Origin: Eledone cirrhosa
Taxonomy: Eukaryota
Direction of reading: 5' to 3'
DNA: 64,000 nt
Assembly (NCBI GenBank): GCA_964016885.1
Contig: OZ024740.1
Coordinates: forward strand, 1,116,001 to 1,180,000
Every line of letters begins with the position of its first letter. The stretch's first letter is position 1. Below are positions 1-11,965 of the stretch, piece after piece. The position numbers were made by a program, and so were the translations under genes. A model generated the notes under the pieces. That model worked only from the letters and a program-made list of their open reading frames with translations, ran no database searches and was not told where the DNA came from.

Positions 1-52
1 ATATAAACCCAATTTAAGTGTTTGGGGTGCTAACAATATGTATAATGTGGAA
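1..52 (-). repeat. Fragment of family-E hammerhead element terminal repeat
   Basis: cccaattt..gtttggggtgctaac.atatg is the approximate reverse complement of catatagttagcaccccaaacgtaaaattggg at ~13329-13360 and ~14058-14089. Confidence 0.55.
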
Positions 53-60
53 AAACCAGT

Positions 61-117
<57 letters not shown>

Positions 118-151
118 CACCCAAACATGTATACACACATATGCATGTCCT

Positions 152-202
<51 letters not shown>

Positions 203-204
203 AT

Positions 205-500
205 GTCCTTCTTTCTGTTTTTATCGCTGCTATTTCTGAAGTGTCCATACATGCTAGAAATAGCAGTAAAATACCAACAACCAGGACCAATCAACTGCAC
301 ACCCGCAACATTTTTGTCTCGATTTTTGCGATTAAGTAAAACAAGAGTTACCTTTCTTGGCAAAAACACCCTGGTTTGTTTACATTAAATTTTCTATTGT
401 TTAAAATATTTTCACTGATTTTAATCCAAAGTTTTTTAATGACTGCCACTTCCGGTTTGTGTTGTGCCTCTACAGGACAGCAGTAAACCTACTAGAAATA
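205..500. promoter_or_regulatory. Duplicated segment (paralogue 7413-7740) with an ETS-type CCGGAAGTG motif; possible zinc-finger gene promoter
   Basis: Collinear similarity to 7413-7740; ccacttccggttt is conserved in both (~446-458, ~7696-7708). Confidence 0.35.
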
Positions 501-537
501 GCTGTCATAGCCTGACACTCACATATATTTATATATC

Positions 538-766
538 AGGTATTCCCAACGTGGGGTACATGCCCCACTGAGGTTAATTTGAATATAATAGGGGTCAATT
601 TGAAAGTGATATAATACGACCCAACTTCGAGTTACACTTCGTCTACACATGTTATCGTGTATCTGGCAGCACCTACGAGAAGTTTGTTTATATTTTGGAG
701 TTTGTTTTTATATTAAAGGGGAACATAAACATATTTTAGATTGAGGAGGGGCATGGTGCATAAAGG
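538..766. mobile_element. hAT-like MITE remnant; matching end in opposite orientation at 1836-1905
   Basis: Starts caggtattcccaac; 712-765 is the reverse complement of ~1848-1903, which follows a cagtggtccccaacc hAT-style terminus. Confidence 0.45.
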
Positions 767-807
767 ACACACACGTATATATATATATTTATGGATATGT
801 ACATGTT

Positions 808-854
<47 letters not shown>

Positions 855-856
<2 letters not shown>

Positions 857-1049
857 GTTGTTCCGGGTTGAATCGGAGGTAACCACAGTAAGTAAGGTAC
901 TCAATACATAGCAGAGTATAACAGTTTTAATATAGATGAGATTCTACAGGACTAGAACTGTTTCATTCATTAGAAATCATCAGGAATCCTGATGATTTCT
1001 AATGAATGAAACAGTTCTAGTCCTGTAGAATCTCATCTATATTAAAACT
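855..1049. mobile_element. Fold-back mini-element of Penelope-type pLTR family A, with two opposed type I hammerheads
   Basis: Palindrome centred ~986; CTGATGA 989-995, GAAA 1008-1011, cag/ctg stem III, TA 1026-1027; same terminus at 21467 and 43795. Confidence 0.8.
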
Positions 1050-1514
1050 ATATATATATATATATATATATACACACGCGCGCGCACACGCATATATATA
1101 TATTATATATCTATATATATGTTATGTACACACATATATATATATATATATATATAGTGGCTGCCAACTCGTTTTCGAGTACGGCCACTACTTTACATCC
1201 ATGTAGGATAACCCCTACCGAAGCGCTGAACGAGTGTGACTTTTTAGTCCAGCCAGCGACTTGAAACCTCTGGTACAAACACCACACCTGTGACAATTAT
1301 TGACACATAGTGCTGGGCCCATGGTCGGACAATTATTGACACATAGTGCTGGGCCCATGTGAGGACAAGTGCAGAGAGATCTCCAGATATAAAGCAATGC
1401 CTGTGCCGTGAAGCTTTTATAGTGAGCAAAGGCACTGCACAAAGCCAGTCCCACTCTCTTAACCAAGATGATATTTACCAAAAAGAAGAACAAGTCAACA
1501 TCATTGGATACCAT

Positions 1515-1790
1515 CAGGGTTGCAGGTGTTATATCAGAGTTTTCCTTCTCCTAGAATTCTGCCTTGACAAAGGCTAAGGGGTCATCTCTCCCGGTGATTT
1601 TGGATGGCCATTGACTCTTAAGAGCTCCTTTGCCCTTTGACAGGTTTTGTTTTTAGTCCTGCAGGATGTCCAAAGTCACCCTCCTCACCAAGAAACCTTG
1701 GTGGGGTTGCCAGTTTAGTCGCCAACGACCCGACCATGAGACAGGTTGTACTGGGATACATGTTACCAGTAGCACCAACTGGTGACCTGA
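1515..1790. mobile_element. Probable LINE 5' UTR fragment
   Basis: GC-richer island with tttccttctcctag..gccttgacaaaggcta, resembling RTE-type leader sequences; no ORF support. Confidence 0.25.
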
Positions 1791-2150
1791 CATACATATA
1801 TACATACACACACAACCATATATTTATATATATATCAGTGGTCCCCAACCTTTTCTGCACCATGCCCCTCCTCAGTTTAAAATATGTTAATGTTCCCCTT
1901 TAATCTAAAAACAATCCGAGTCTTGTTAAACTAATATAAAGCAGAAATCCTTTAATGTACTGGGCCCGATATTAACAAGATAATATATTGGATGTGTTGC
2001 CCCAGCATGGCATTAGTCGATTGATCAACTAAAGCAATAATAAAAATAAAATACTTTAAAATTATGTTAACGTCTCAAAATCAGAGCTGAATATTGAACA
2101 CACGACCAAAGATTATCTGGGAATCGAAAAAAACTTTTATATATATATAT

Positions 2151-3230
2151 ACCAGATAGAAAAATGCGTACAGCAAAAAAAAGTAATATTGTTGGAATAT
2201 AAACCTTTAAAAATACAGGACAAGAAACTAAGATAAAACTTTAAAAGAATAGGACAAGAAATTAAGATAAAACTTTAAAGAATTGGACAAGAAATAAAAA
2301 ATTTTACAATAATATTAGTGGCAAAATTTTTATTGGTAAAAATTCGAGTTCCACATTCATAGGCTCTGGGTTCCACATTCAGAGGTCGTCGTCAGACCGG
2401 GGAGATCATTTGATCCTGGTTTGAACACCAATTGGGCCATAACCATACCCCTATTTCATCATTCGGCGACACGCCTCATGTGTCATGCATAATGTGAATG
2501 GACCCATGGGCCCATGAGCACAGATCTTGAGCAGCAGCGGACGGCCTTGTCGTCCCGCTCATCCTTGATCTTGACCAACCCGTCCATCTTCTCCTTGCAT
2601 CTTGTCCTTGAGTTCAAGTCCGACAGTCCAGATGAATGCGTGCCACAGCTTTCTGGTACAGGAAGGGGGAGCAGGAGGACTGGAGGGATGACGGGACAGA
2701 GGGAGGGAGGACCGGTGGTTGAGGGAGGTGCCGTAGTCGGTGGTCAGAGTCGACATCTTGTCCCGGTCGTCTTCTCCATCTTCGTCTGGTGTTGCGGGAC
2801 CAGAAGTGCATTCTTGGAGGAGACCCGCAGCTACATCGGCCAATTCTTCTTGCAATGGTCATTCTGACGGAGCAGAACTGCTCAGCCAACCAACCCCAAC
2901 CAGAACCAACCGCTCAGGGGCAACGCACAATGAGAGCATGACAATTATTATGCACTAATCAAGAAGATACTGGAAACGATTATGCATTAATCAAGAAGAT
3001 ACAGGAAACGAATAAAAAAATTTTGCCACTAATATTATTGTAAAATTTTTTATTTCTTGTCCAATTCTTTAAAGTTTTATCTTAATTTCTTGTCCTATTC
3101 ATTTAAAGTTTTATCTTAGTTTCTTGTCCTATTCTTTTAAAGTTTTATTTTAGTTTCTTGTCCTGTATTTTTAAAGGTTTATATTCCAACAATATTACTT
3201 TTTTTTGCTGTACGCATTTTTCTATCTGGT
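2151..3230. repeat. Inverted repeat arms (2151-2334 / 3011-3230) with internal ~31-bp subrepeats around a GC-rich core
   Basis: accagatagaaaaatgcgtacagc.. is the reverse complement of ..gctgtacgcatttttctatctggt; the right arm has one extra subrepeat. Confidence 0.85.
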
Positions 3231-3503
3231 CTACTATTTTTTAAGGCAATGCAAGCAACAACTATCTAATAATTAAATGATCATAGTGAATTACTGACAA
3301 GTGATTGACATTTTAAAGTTCTTTTGAGTATAATTGCAATCTAGTTGAGGCAACTGGCTTAATGACAAAGCTAGTAAATCATGAATGCATTTGAGATGAT
3401 TAGTGCATAATAGTGAATTGGTGAAACTTGTGCATTTCAATGGTGTTACAACAATAGATGTAAGTTATATAGTAGTAATACTTTATCATTTTAACTTTTT
3501 AGA

Positions 3504-3863
3504 ATGGACAAAAACCCATGCAAAGAAATGACTTTGACTGCAGTGATTCTCTCCAATTTACTTACAAAGCAAAACGTGGTCAAATACCTTATCATCTCTG
3601 ATAAAATGCCCATTGAATCACTGAAAATCGGATGCATGGAATTCCTCATTCAATGCACCTATGAATCGGAAGCCATCACATATATCAATGGATATAGGGA
3701 GTTGTTCACACTGGAAGACCATCACTTCATTTGTGACTTCATCAGTTATCTCCACGATTATCTCAGACACCCAATGCCATTGATGAGAGGTGATCCAATG
3801 TGTGAGCATGTAACTAATCGTATAGAAGTTGTTATCGACCACCTGGCTTTTAGTGACATTTGA
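3504..3863 (+). CDS. 119-aa ORF of unknown function, possibly an exon of an unclassified element
   Basis: ATG-initiated, complex composition, preceded by a tttaactttttag acceptor-like site; no recognised motif. Confidence 0.3.
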   Translation: MDKNPCKEMTLTAVILSNLLTKQNVVKYLIISDKMPIESLKIGCMEFLIQCTYESEAITYINGYRELFTLEDHHFICDFISYLHDYLRHPMPLMRGDPMCEHVTNRIEVVIDHLAFSDI

Positions 3864-4499
3864 CTGATTTGACTGATAATGATGTATTTTTAAAAAGTAT
3901 GTGTACATTCTTGTTACTATTTTAAGGCAATGCAAGCAACAACTATTTAATAAAATTTAAATTTAAAAATGACCATTGTGCATTACTAGTATGATGACAT
4001 TTTATTAAGTCACAAAATTAGTCAGTCAGCCATAGAACAAGGATCAGGTGGCAAAAACATTGGCAAAAATTTGTGTCAATTTAAGATTTCCAACATTGTT
4101 CAAATGAATCATATCTGGTTTGAAGTCAGATTTGTCAAATTTTGACCAATTTTCAATGTTGTGAAGATTGGGCAAGTTCAATTTTTGAATCATTTCTTTC
4201 ATGCAGTAATTAAACTTTTCCAAACGTCGTCATTTCTGGATTACCTCCCCTAGCGTCACGCTTACTGCTCACTCACTTGAACACAAGATTTATCATCAAA
4301 CTTTGATTATAAACTTTTTCCCGCTGGACCAAATTTCTAGATTTTTAAGCCAAAAGATGCATAATGATCTACTGTTCATGCTCATATAAGTTTTATCTCA
4401 GTTAAATAAAGTAGAGCCGCGCTGTACTGTCGTAAACAGACGATTGCCAACGAAAACACGACCACAACAATATTACTAAACGGACTACCGTCCGTTTAG

Positions 4500-4540
<41 letters not shown>

Positions 4541-4624
4541 CTGTATATAAACGGAAAAAATGAAACGAAATTTCATTTCCCACTCTTAGTACGGCTGTTA
4601 CTTAAATATAAGTATGTATACGTA

Positions 4625-6436
4625 CATATAAAACAGAGGATGTGTGTTTGTCTGCTACCTTATTCGAGGTTGGCGTCTACACCGCTCGCCCGATCTCGCT
4701 CAAATTTGCATACATCACTCCTCATAACCCTTTACATTGCTTAGGCTACTTTGTTTTTTGATAGGTCCCCCTAGGGACCCGCAATCCACCTTTTTGTCTA
4801 TTTGGGGTGAAATCGGGAGATGAGGTTGTATTTTATGCACGCGTGAAAAAGTTTTCCTTTTGAGTTTTTTTACCTGTTTTTTTGCTAATATGGGTAGAAA
4901 AGAGTCTAAATTTTGTTGACGGGCTCGAATCATTTCGAAATTCGGTCGAGAGTGAAGCTCGAGGTCGAATCTCCACTTCGTATATAGAGAGACAGGAATA
5001 ACAGGTCTTATAGTAACATTACCTTCCCCTTCCTCCTTCTTTAGAGAGAGAGAGAGGAAGATAGAGAAAGAAGTTTTGGGTGTCACAGAAATATTACATT
5101 CCCCTCTCCACTTTGGTCAGTGAGCGAACCACGGTTGCTATAGTAACATTACCTTCCCCCTCCCCTTCTTTATTGACCGAGGAATATAGAGAGAAACGTT
5201 GTTGGTGTTACAGTAACATTACCTTCCCCTCTCCACTTACTTTGGTCTTTGAGACCGAGGGAACCACTGTTGCTATAGTTACAGCTTCACGTGACACAAA
5301 CCAGTTCCTGCCAGTTCTGACCACCTGGCACCAATTGAGTCAGTTTTTGCTTTCTTTCGGTCGAGAAGTGGACAAATTTTCGCCTTGAATTAAAAAAAAA
5401 ATTTCATGGACGGCTGGAGGTGGCAGCTTTTATTCTGTTTTGGCAAGACTGCTATCAAAAAATTCTGCAGACTCTTATCGTTGATTTGAGTGGCCTGCAA
5501 AGCTTTGGTTTTCAAACGCTTCTTGGTTAGGCTACTGTGTAGACGTGTGCTTCACTCTCACTGCATTACATTTTGTGACCTCGCTTTCGGACTTTGCCAT
5601 TCCCAGTACGTTTTTTGTTTACTTTTTTCTTGCTTAAAATTGTAACAATTTGTCACTTTTTTTTACCTTCCCCAAAATACTGCTTATCACCTTCGCTTTT
5701 TTGCCTTTGCTCTAAACCTGCTTCCCCTTTACTGTTTACTGTACTATTGCAACCATGCCACTGAAAAGAAAGAGTACCTTTAGCCGTAGGAAAACATCGT
5801 CTGTTGTTTCAAAAAAAGAGGCGATTGAATGAGCAGTCTACGGATGCCGGACTGCATTTTTGGCCACAAACCCCTGTTACTTCGCTTTCAAACTTAAGTA
5901 CCCCTAGCACAGCCCAACCCAGCGCCTCTCTATCTACGGTTACCGCTTCGAATCGTGCCATTCGTAATTATCGGAATGCAGTTGCAACAGCCGCCTCTAG
6001 GGCAGCAGAGAGTGACAGCCAAAGAGCTCTTCGTAGGGCTAGGAATGCTGCAACTACTGCTGCTGCAAGGGCCTCCGAAACTAAACAGCAAACAGCCACC
6101 AGACGGTCAAAGAACGCTGCTTCAACCGCCGCCTCCCGTGCCGCAGAAACCGACCAGGAGACAGCCATCCGAAGGTCCAAGGCAGCTGCCAGAGCATCCC
6201 AGACCGAGATACAGACAGCCATCCGAAGGTCCCAGAACGCTGTATCCACCGCCGCCTCCCGTGCCGCAGAACATCAAACAGCCCGCCGTGCTCGGTTGGT
6301 CACAATTCTATTATCATTTCAACTTTGACATATTTTATGTAAAGTGAATATGAGAAAAAAAAATTCTTCATATTTATTGTTTCCTAATCTGAATAAAAAC
6401 AGCAGTAACCCGGGCAACGCCGGGTCATTCAGCTAG
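4625..6436 (+). mobile_element. Internally deleted Helitron
   Basis: 3' hairpin acccgg-gcaacg-ccgggt then CTAG at 6433-6436; 5' end ataaaacagaggatgtgtg shared with the 18790-20628 units; ORF 5804-6328 has ASRAAET repeats like RepHel N-termini. Confidence 0.75.
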
Positions 6437-6459
6437 TATATTATATATATATATATATA

Positions 6460-6650
6460 GGGCGGTGGATTGGCAGTATCGGTAGAGAGTCGGACACCAT
6501 GCTTTGAAGCATAGAGTTACGTCCCTTTATGATCTGAGTTCAAATCCCGCCGAGGTTAACTTTGCCTTTCATCCTTACGGGGTCGATAAAATAAAGTACC
6601 AGTAATGTACTGGTTAATTGCTGGCCTTGTGCCTAAAATAGAAACAATTA
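6460..6650 (+). mobile_element. tRNA-derived SINE with Meta-type central domain
   Basis: A-box-like tggcagtatcgg, B box gagttcaaatcc, gcctttcatccttacggggtcgataaaataaagtaccag; several copies in the window. Confidence 0.8.
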
Positions 6651-6727
6651 TATATATATACGCACATATATTAATATATTTGTGTGTGTGTGTGTATATA
6701 TATATAAATATATATATATATATTTAT

Positions 6728-7315
6728 GTAGATAAATCTACCAAGAGTTTACGGTAGTGTCCAATCCGTATGAAGAACTCAATGTAGTCCGGATATCATG
6801 GAAAGAAGAGATGCAATGAAAAATCACTTTCGGTGAAAGATAAACGGAATACAGAGTCAAGATAAAATATTAAAAAAATAATGAATAAAACAATGAAACA
6901 GTTCCTTATATTAAACAAAAAAAGTTCATTATTTAACGATCGTTTCTAGGATATATATGTGTTAGAATTGGCATGCATATTCAACAGATCTATGTACAAA
7001 ATTATACAAAATTATACAAACTATCAAGATTAAATATACATACCAAACACACATATATGCCGTCTTCAGAAATAATCATTCTATCAGATTATTCTATCAG
7101 ATTATTTCTGAAGACGGCATATATGTGTGTTTGGTATGTATATTTAATCTTGATAGTTTGTATAATTTTGTATAATTTTGTACATAGATCTGTTGAATAT
7201 GCATGCCAATTCTAACACATATATATCCTAGAAACGATCGTTAAATAATGAACTTTTTTTGTTTAATATAAGGAACTGTTTCATTGTTTTATTCATTATT
7301 TTTTTAATATTTTAT
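6728..7315. mobile_element. Fold-back mini-element of pLTR family B (second Penelope), two opposed hammerheads
   Basis: 6862-7076 is inverted to 7101-7315; near-identical to 26893-27244 and 36476-36695. Confidence 0.9.
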
Positions 7316-7821
7316 ATATATATTTATATATAAACGCACACACACGTATTTGTGTGTGTGTATATATACACACACTCATGTACATTTATATATATATGTG
7401 TGTGTGTGCAGCGGTCCTTCTTTCTGGTGTTTCCTATACTGTTGTTAGCTGACTTTTGGCTGCTATTTCTAAAGTGTCTATTAATATATGCTAGAAATAG
7501 CAGTCAAATGCCAGTTAACAAGATCAAATAAGAAGGTTTACATAAACTGCAGACCCGCAACATTTTTAACTCAATTTCCGGCTTTAAGTAAGACAAGAGT
7601 TATCTTTCTTGCCAAATATACTCCGTTTGTTGACATAAAAAAATCTATTATTTAAAAAGTTGAGGCTGAATTTTAGCTAACTTTTTTCATCTTGTCCACT
7701 TCCGGTTTTAATTTTAGCGCTAGAAATAGCAGCCAAGGCAACATATATAGATATATATAATCCTAATCGTAAAGTGCTTTACTATATAAATATATATATG
7801 TGAATGTGTGTATGCATGAGA

Positions 7822-7879
<58 letters not shown>

Positions 7880-7881
<2 letters not shown>

Positions 7882-7988
7882 CATCATCATCATCATTTTG
7901 CGTCTGCTTTTCCCTGCTTGCAAGAGTGGGACGGGAACTCATTCTGGCTTGATTTCTACAGCTGGATGCCCTTCCTAACACCAACCTC
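7880..7988 (-). mobile_element. RTE-tailed SINE 3' fragment
   Basis: (cat)n tail plus ctacagctggatgcccttcctaacaccaacc, matching 53690-53800. Confidence 0.75.
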
Positions 7989-7996
7989 CTACATAC

Positions 7997-8029
<33 letters not shown>

Positions 8030-8034
8030 ACCTG

Positions 8035-8590
8035 TTAATAATTCTATTGACAGATTAATTGCATAAGTTTATTTTTTAAAACTACCTGGTTGAGTGCTTA
8101 TTCGATTTGTGCTATCTAATTTTTTGTATGATAAACACATACTGAATTCCTTTGCCAAAATATGGGGAATTTCCGCTTGTGACTTACGCATGTGCCTTTA
8201 CTATGTTCGTTGTCACTCGCAAAGTTGGTTACAGAGCAGAATTACCTGTTGATAACGGGATATTCCTTGTTCGATCTTTATGCTGAAAGCTTATAGTTTT
8301 AAGCAGACAGTATTATTGATTTAGGTGTCATAGAAACCCTGCATTTGGATTTTACCACCAGTTCCATTTGGGTCCAGCTTTTTATCATTTATTTTGTTTG
8401 ACCTGTTTAGCTTGATCTGTTTTTTGGCTTAGGTTGTTAATGCCTTCTCGACCACTTTTTCAGTTTGTATGGCGTTTTAACATATTGTTTAGCTATGTTT
8501 TTTTTAACTATTGAGCGCTTGCCAGCATTTCTATGATTTTGCGTTTCGTTTCGCTTTTTCTACCAGCCGAAATACGATTCTCTCTGAATT
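8035..8590 (+). mobile_element. Family-F non-coding element carrying an extended type I hammerhead (8246-8377)
   Basis: ctg-TTGATAA(8249-8255)...GAAA(8333-8336)-ccc...ggg-TC-cag; collinear motifs shared with 27726-28275. Confidence 0.55.
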
Positions 8591-8641
8591 TATATTTATA
8601 TATGTATATATATATATATGTTTTATGTACATATATATATG

Positions 8642-8667
<26 letters not shown>

Positions 8668-8677
<10 letters not shown>

Positions 8678-9255
8678 AATATGGGGGAGAAGAATACTGC
8701 ATGGTTGCACATGGATAACATGTTATAAAATGAGTCCCTCATCAGTGATTTGCCAACGATCATTGGTATTTCATCGCATTAAAAATCATATACCTCACGT
8801 TGGAGCGATAATAACTAAAATAAGTTATTAGGACAATAGAAACACGTAAAGCGAGTGAGACAAGTAAACAACACAGGGGAAAGCTAACCGAAGATGGAAA
8901 TAAACACAAGCAACATGGTTATTCTTTCAGCATAAGCTGTGTGAATATATGTGCGAGTTAGAAACAGACCTTTCGCTAGTGAATCCGATGTTAGAAAGAA
9001 GGAAAATCATTTTCGAAGCGAACGGGAGGAAGTAAGAAGGGGAGAAACAGGGACTGAGTGAGTGGGAGTGCGAGGAAGAGGTCAGTAGAGAGAAAGTGTT
9101 AACTGACATGACAGAGGGGACGAAAGAAAGTAAGAGAAACAGAGAGAACGAGGGAGCAGTAAGAGAGAAAGAGAGAAACACAGAATCGCAGTTTAGGTAA
9201 ATATATGAAAAATATGGGGGAGAAGAATACTGCATGGTTGCACATGGATAACATG
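8668..9255 (-). mobile_element. Family-D retrozyme-like element: 533-bp monomer plus ~55-bp terminal direct repeat
   Basis: tatgaaaaatatgggggagaag..acatg at 8671 and 9204; contains the permuted hammerhead motif 8734-8834. Confidence 0.7.
8734..8834 (-). ncRNA. Permuted, pseudoknotted hammerhead-core RNA with kink-turn (diverged copy)
   Basis: Minus strand: gtcc t aataac..gttatt a tcgc t ccaacg t ga ggta TA tgattt ttaat gcga t GAAA tacc aat ga t cgttgg c aaatca CTGATGA g ggac. Confidence 0.75.
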
Positions 9256-9399
9256 GATAACATGGTGGTCTGGTGGGAGATACCAGAGATGGTGGAGGTC
9301 CTGCTCTGGGGTTCAATCCTGGTCAGGAGATAATCTAAGGGGGTTCATACTAAACTTCTTCAGTGTTTTTTTATCTCTAGAGACAAATATATATACATA

Positions 9400-10295
9400 A
9401 GGTAATCTGGTAAAGTTGTTAGAACATCACATAGAATTCTTTGTACTATTTTTTCCAGTTCTTTAATCTGAGTTCAACTTTACCTTTCTTCCATTCGGGG
9501 TTGATAATAAAGTACCAGTCAAAAAATACTAGGGGTTAATTCTTCCTCTATATCTCACTCTCTGTCTTTCTCTGGAAGAAATCTGTTTTATTCCGACCTG
9601 GAGAAGTTTTTTTTTCTAGAGAGAAAGAGAGACTTTTGTTATGTATTTAAACGTAAATTTTTTTCACTGGACTTTGAATTCCTTTTTCTTCTCTTTAGAT
9701 TGAATAAACCTTAACATTTTACGTCTACAATTATATTTACCTTAACTCATGTTAATCTTTACAGTCAAGGACCTGTTTATACTCCATCATATAAACACAT
9801 CAATCTTGTTTTGTTTTTCTTGCACTGATGGAGTCATAGGGGTGTCACTGTGGACATTTGAAGCTTGGTGGAGCCCTTCACTCACCAGGTTGGAACAGAT
9901 GATTTCTTCCAGAGAAGGAGAGAGAATGAGAGAGAAGTGAGATAGAAATATAGAGAGGATGAACAGACCCCTGTGGTAGACTGGTACTTTTTTGTTATCA
10001 ACCTTGAATGGATGAAAGGCAAAGTTGACCTCAGCAGGATTTAAACTCAGAGAGCAGAGAACCAGAACAAATATGGGAGAAAGCATTCTATCTATTGTTT
10101 TATAGACTTTAAATAAATGTTTCTACTTTTAACTCAACCCCAGTGCATTACTGGTACTTTATTTTACTGAACCTCTGAGGAAGAAGAGTAAAGCTAACCT
10201 CAGCAGGATTTTAATACAGAACGTAAAGGGATGTAACTATATGACACAAAGCATATCGTCTGACACTCTACTAATTCTGCCAATCCACCACCATC
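9400..10295. mobile_element. Three degenerate Meta-type SINE copies (~9400-9540 +, ~9975-10090 -, ~10120-10295 -)
   Basis: Decayed cctttc.tcc.ttcggggttgataa..aagtaccag motif and its reverse complement. Confidence 0.6.
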
Positions 10296-10673
10296 ACCAA
10301 TAAAATAAAATTGTGTCTCTATAAGAAACCTTAATGACAAATAATATGAAGTAGAACTTTCTACAGGGTGTATTTGTGGATTACAATACAAAACCTCTGA
10401 GAATGATTTCTAACATATTTCACCATAATAAATGTTCATTAATATATATTAATATAATTATTATTTATTAGGTCAGGTGGATTGGCCAGAACAATTCTAC
10501 ACTTCTTTTTTAGATGTCATGATCTTCCATGGCATTCCTGAGATCATTAATCTCCAGCTGGACATCCAGAGACATCTGATCTATGTAGGTCAATCTCAGT
10601 CATCCTACTAGGGTCTTACTATGTTTAGGTATCTACCACAGGAACCAGCTCATCAGGTTATCCTACCCTCAGT

Positions 10674-10718
<45 letters not shown>

Positions 10719-10759
10719 GACAGACACACATATATATATTTATTTTCTTCTTTCCAGAG

Positions 10760-11221
10760 TGTGTTTGTATATTTGTGTGTTTCACATTTCACAGTGATGG
10801 GGTTTATCACTAGTGTTGACTACATTTGTGAACAAGTAGCGAAAAATTCCATGTGAAAGATTTCTCACATATTTCACAACGGAAGGGTTTTTCTCCAGTG
10901 TGACTCCGTATGTGGATGACAAGATTAGAATTATAAGTGAAAGATTTCCCACATATTTCACAGTGGAAGTGTTTTTCTCCAGTGTGTATTTTCCCATGTG
11001 AGGATAGTTTCAGTCTTGAAGAGAAAGTTTTCCTGCAAATCTCACAGCTATATTCAGACATATTTCTAACTAGTGATCTTTACATACAGGATTCTCACCA
11101 CTTCTACTGATACATTAAGATATGTAGATATGGTTAATAGTTACCATTTAGTCTAATATACTGTGTCCATAAAAGACTGCAGAACTCCGCTTTCTTCTTC
11201 TACAAAGTTGTAATGTAGCAT
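10760..11221 (-). pseudogene. C2H2 zinc-finger pseudogene (~3 fingers, stops and frameshifts)
   Basis: ORF 10810-11061 has CEIC..H..HTGEK repeats ending at a premature stop; upstream frame from ATG 11221 is broken; shares EYSCEICRKTFSS with the 37584 gene. Confidence 0.8.
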
Positions 11222-11314
11222 TTAGTTGGTACAAGTAATAAGACATATGACAGCGTAAGACTGATCTTGGATTAAGAAAAAGCTAGTGCTTATATATATG
11301 ATGATAATGATGAT

Positions 11315-11503
11315 ATCATCATCATCATCATCACCGTTTTACCTCCATTCCTCCACGCTAGCATAGGTTAGACGTGTTGTCCTGTTGTGGGCAGTGTCCT
11401 GTCAGCTGACCTTGTCTTGCTCATACGGGAACTGATTCTGGCTTGATTTCTACAGCTGGATGCCCTTCCTAACACCAACCTCATTTACAGTGAGTGCTGG
11501 GTG

Positions 11504-11505
<2 letters not shown>
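11315..11505 (-). mobile_element. RTE/SINE 3' tail fragment in the pseudogene intron
   Basis: (cat)n plus ggatgcccttcctaacaccaacctcatttacagtgagtgctgg. Confidence 0.65.
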
Positions 11506-11534
<29 letters not shown>

Positions 11535-11885
11535 AGTGATTATTGTGGAGCATACCACTATTATTTTTGCTAAGGTGAGAGAAGCTCTATTCACAATAAC
11601 ATCCTCAGCTCATAAAACAAACGAATAAGCCTTCCATAGTTAAGGTTCTTGTTATTGAGGACAGTTCAGGTGACAAGAGAATTAATATCCATAATTTTAA
11701 AAGACAAATGTTAATATATATACATATATATATATACAGACATACAGTGTGTACGTATGAGAGAGAGAGTTAGACGTGTGTGTAGAAATATGTGTGTACG
11801 TGTTGTAATAATCAAGATATTTCACTTTAGATACTAGAAAAGTTCACAATGTTTGTGTTGTGATGGAAAATGAAATAATACGTAC

Positions 11886-11965
11886 TTTAGTTTTCAAATA
11901 AAGTCAAGAAAATTTAGTAAATCTAATTATTCACTGATTTCTGATTAAAATAATATTTTCCTGTC
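11886..11965 (-). other. Putative 5' UTR exon of the zinc-finger pseudogene
   Basis: Acceptor cattttacag|gacag and donor aaa|gtacgtatt are the same as those bounding 37313-37401. Confidence 0.6.

Noticed and set aside
11573-11612. Possible minus-strand hammerhead (tgag-CTGAGGA..GAAT..ctca)
   Set aside because: The GAAA box is mutated, stems II and III are weak, and there is only one copy.
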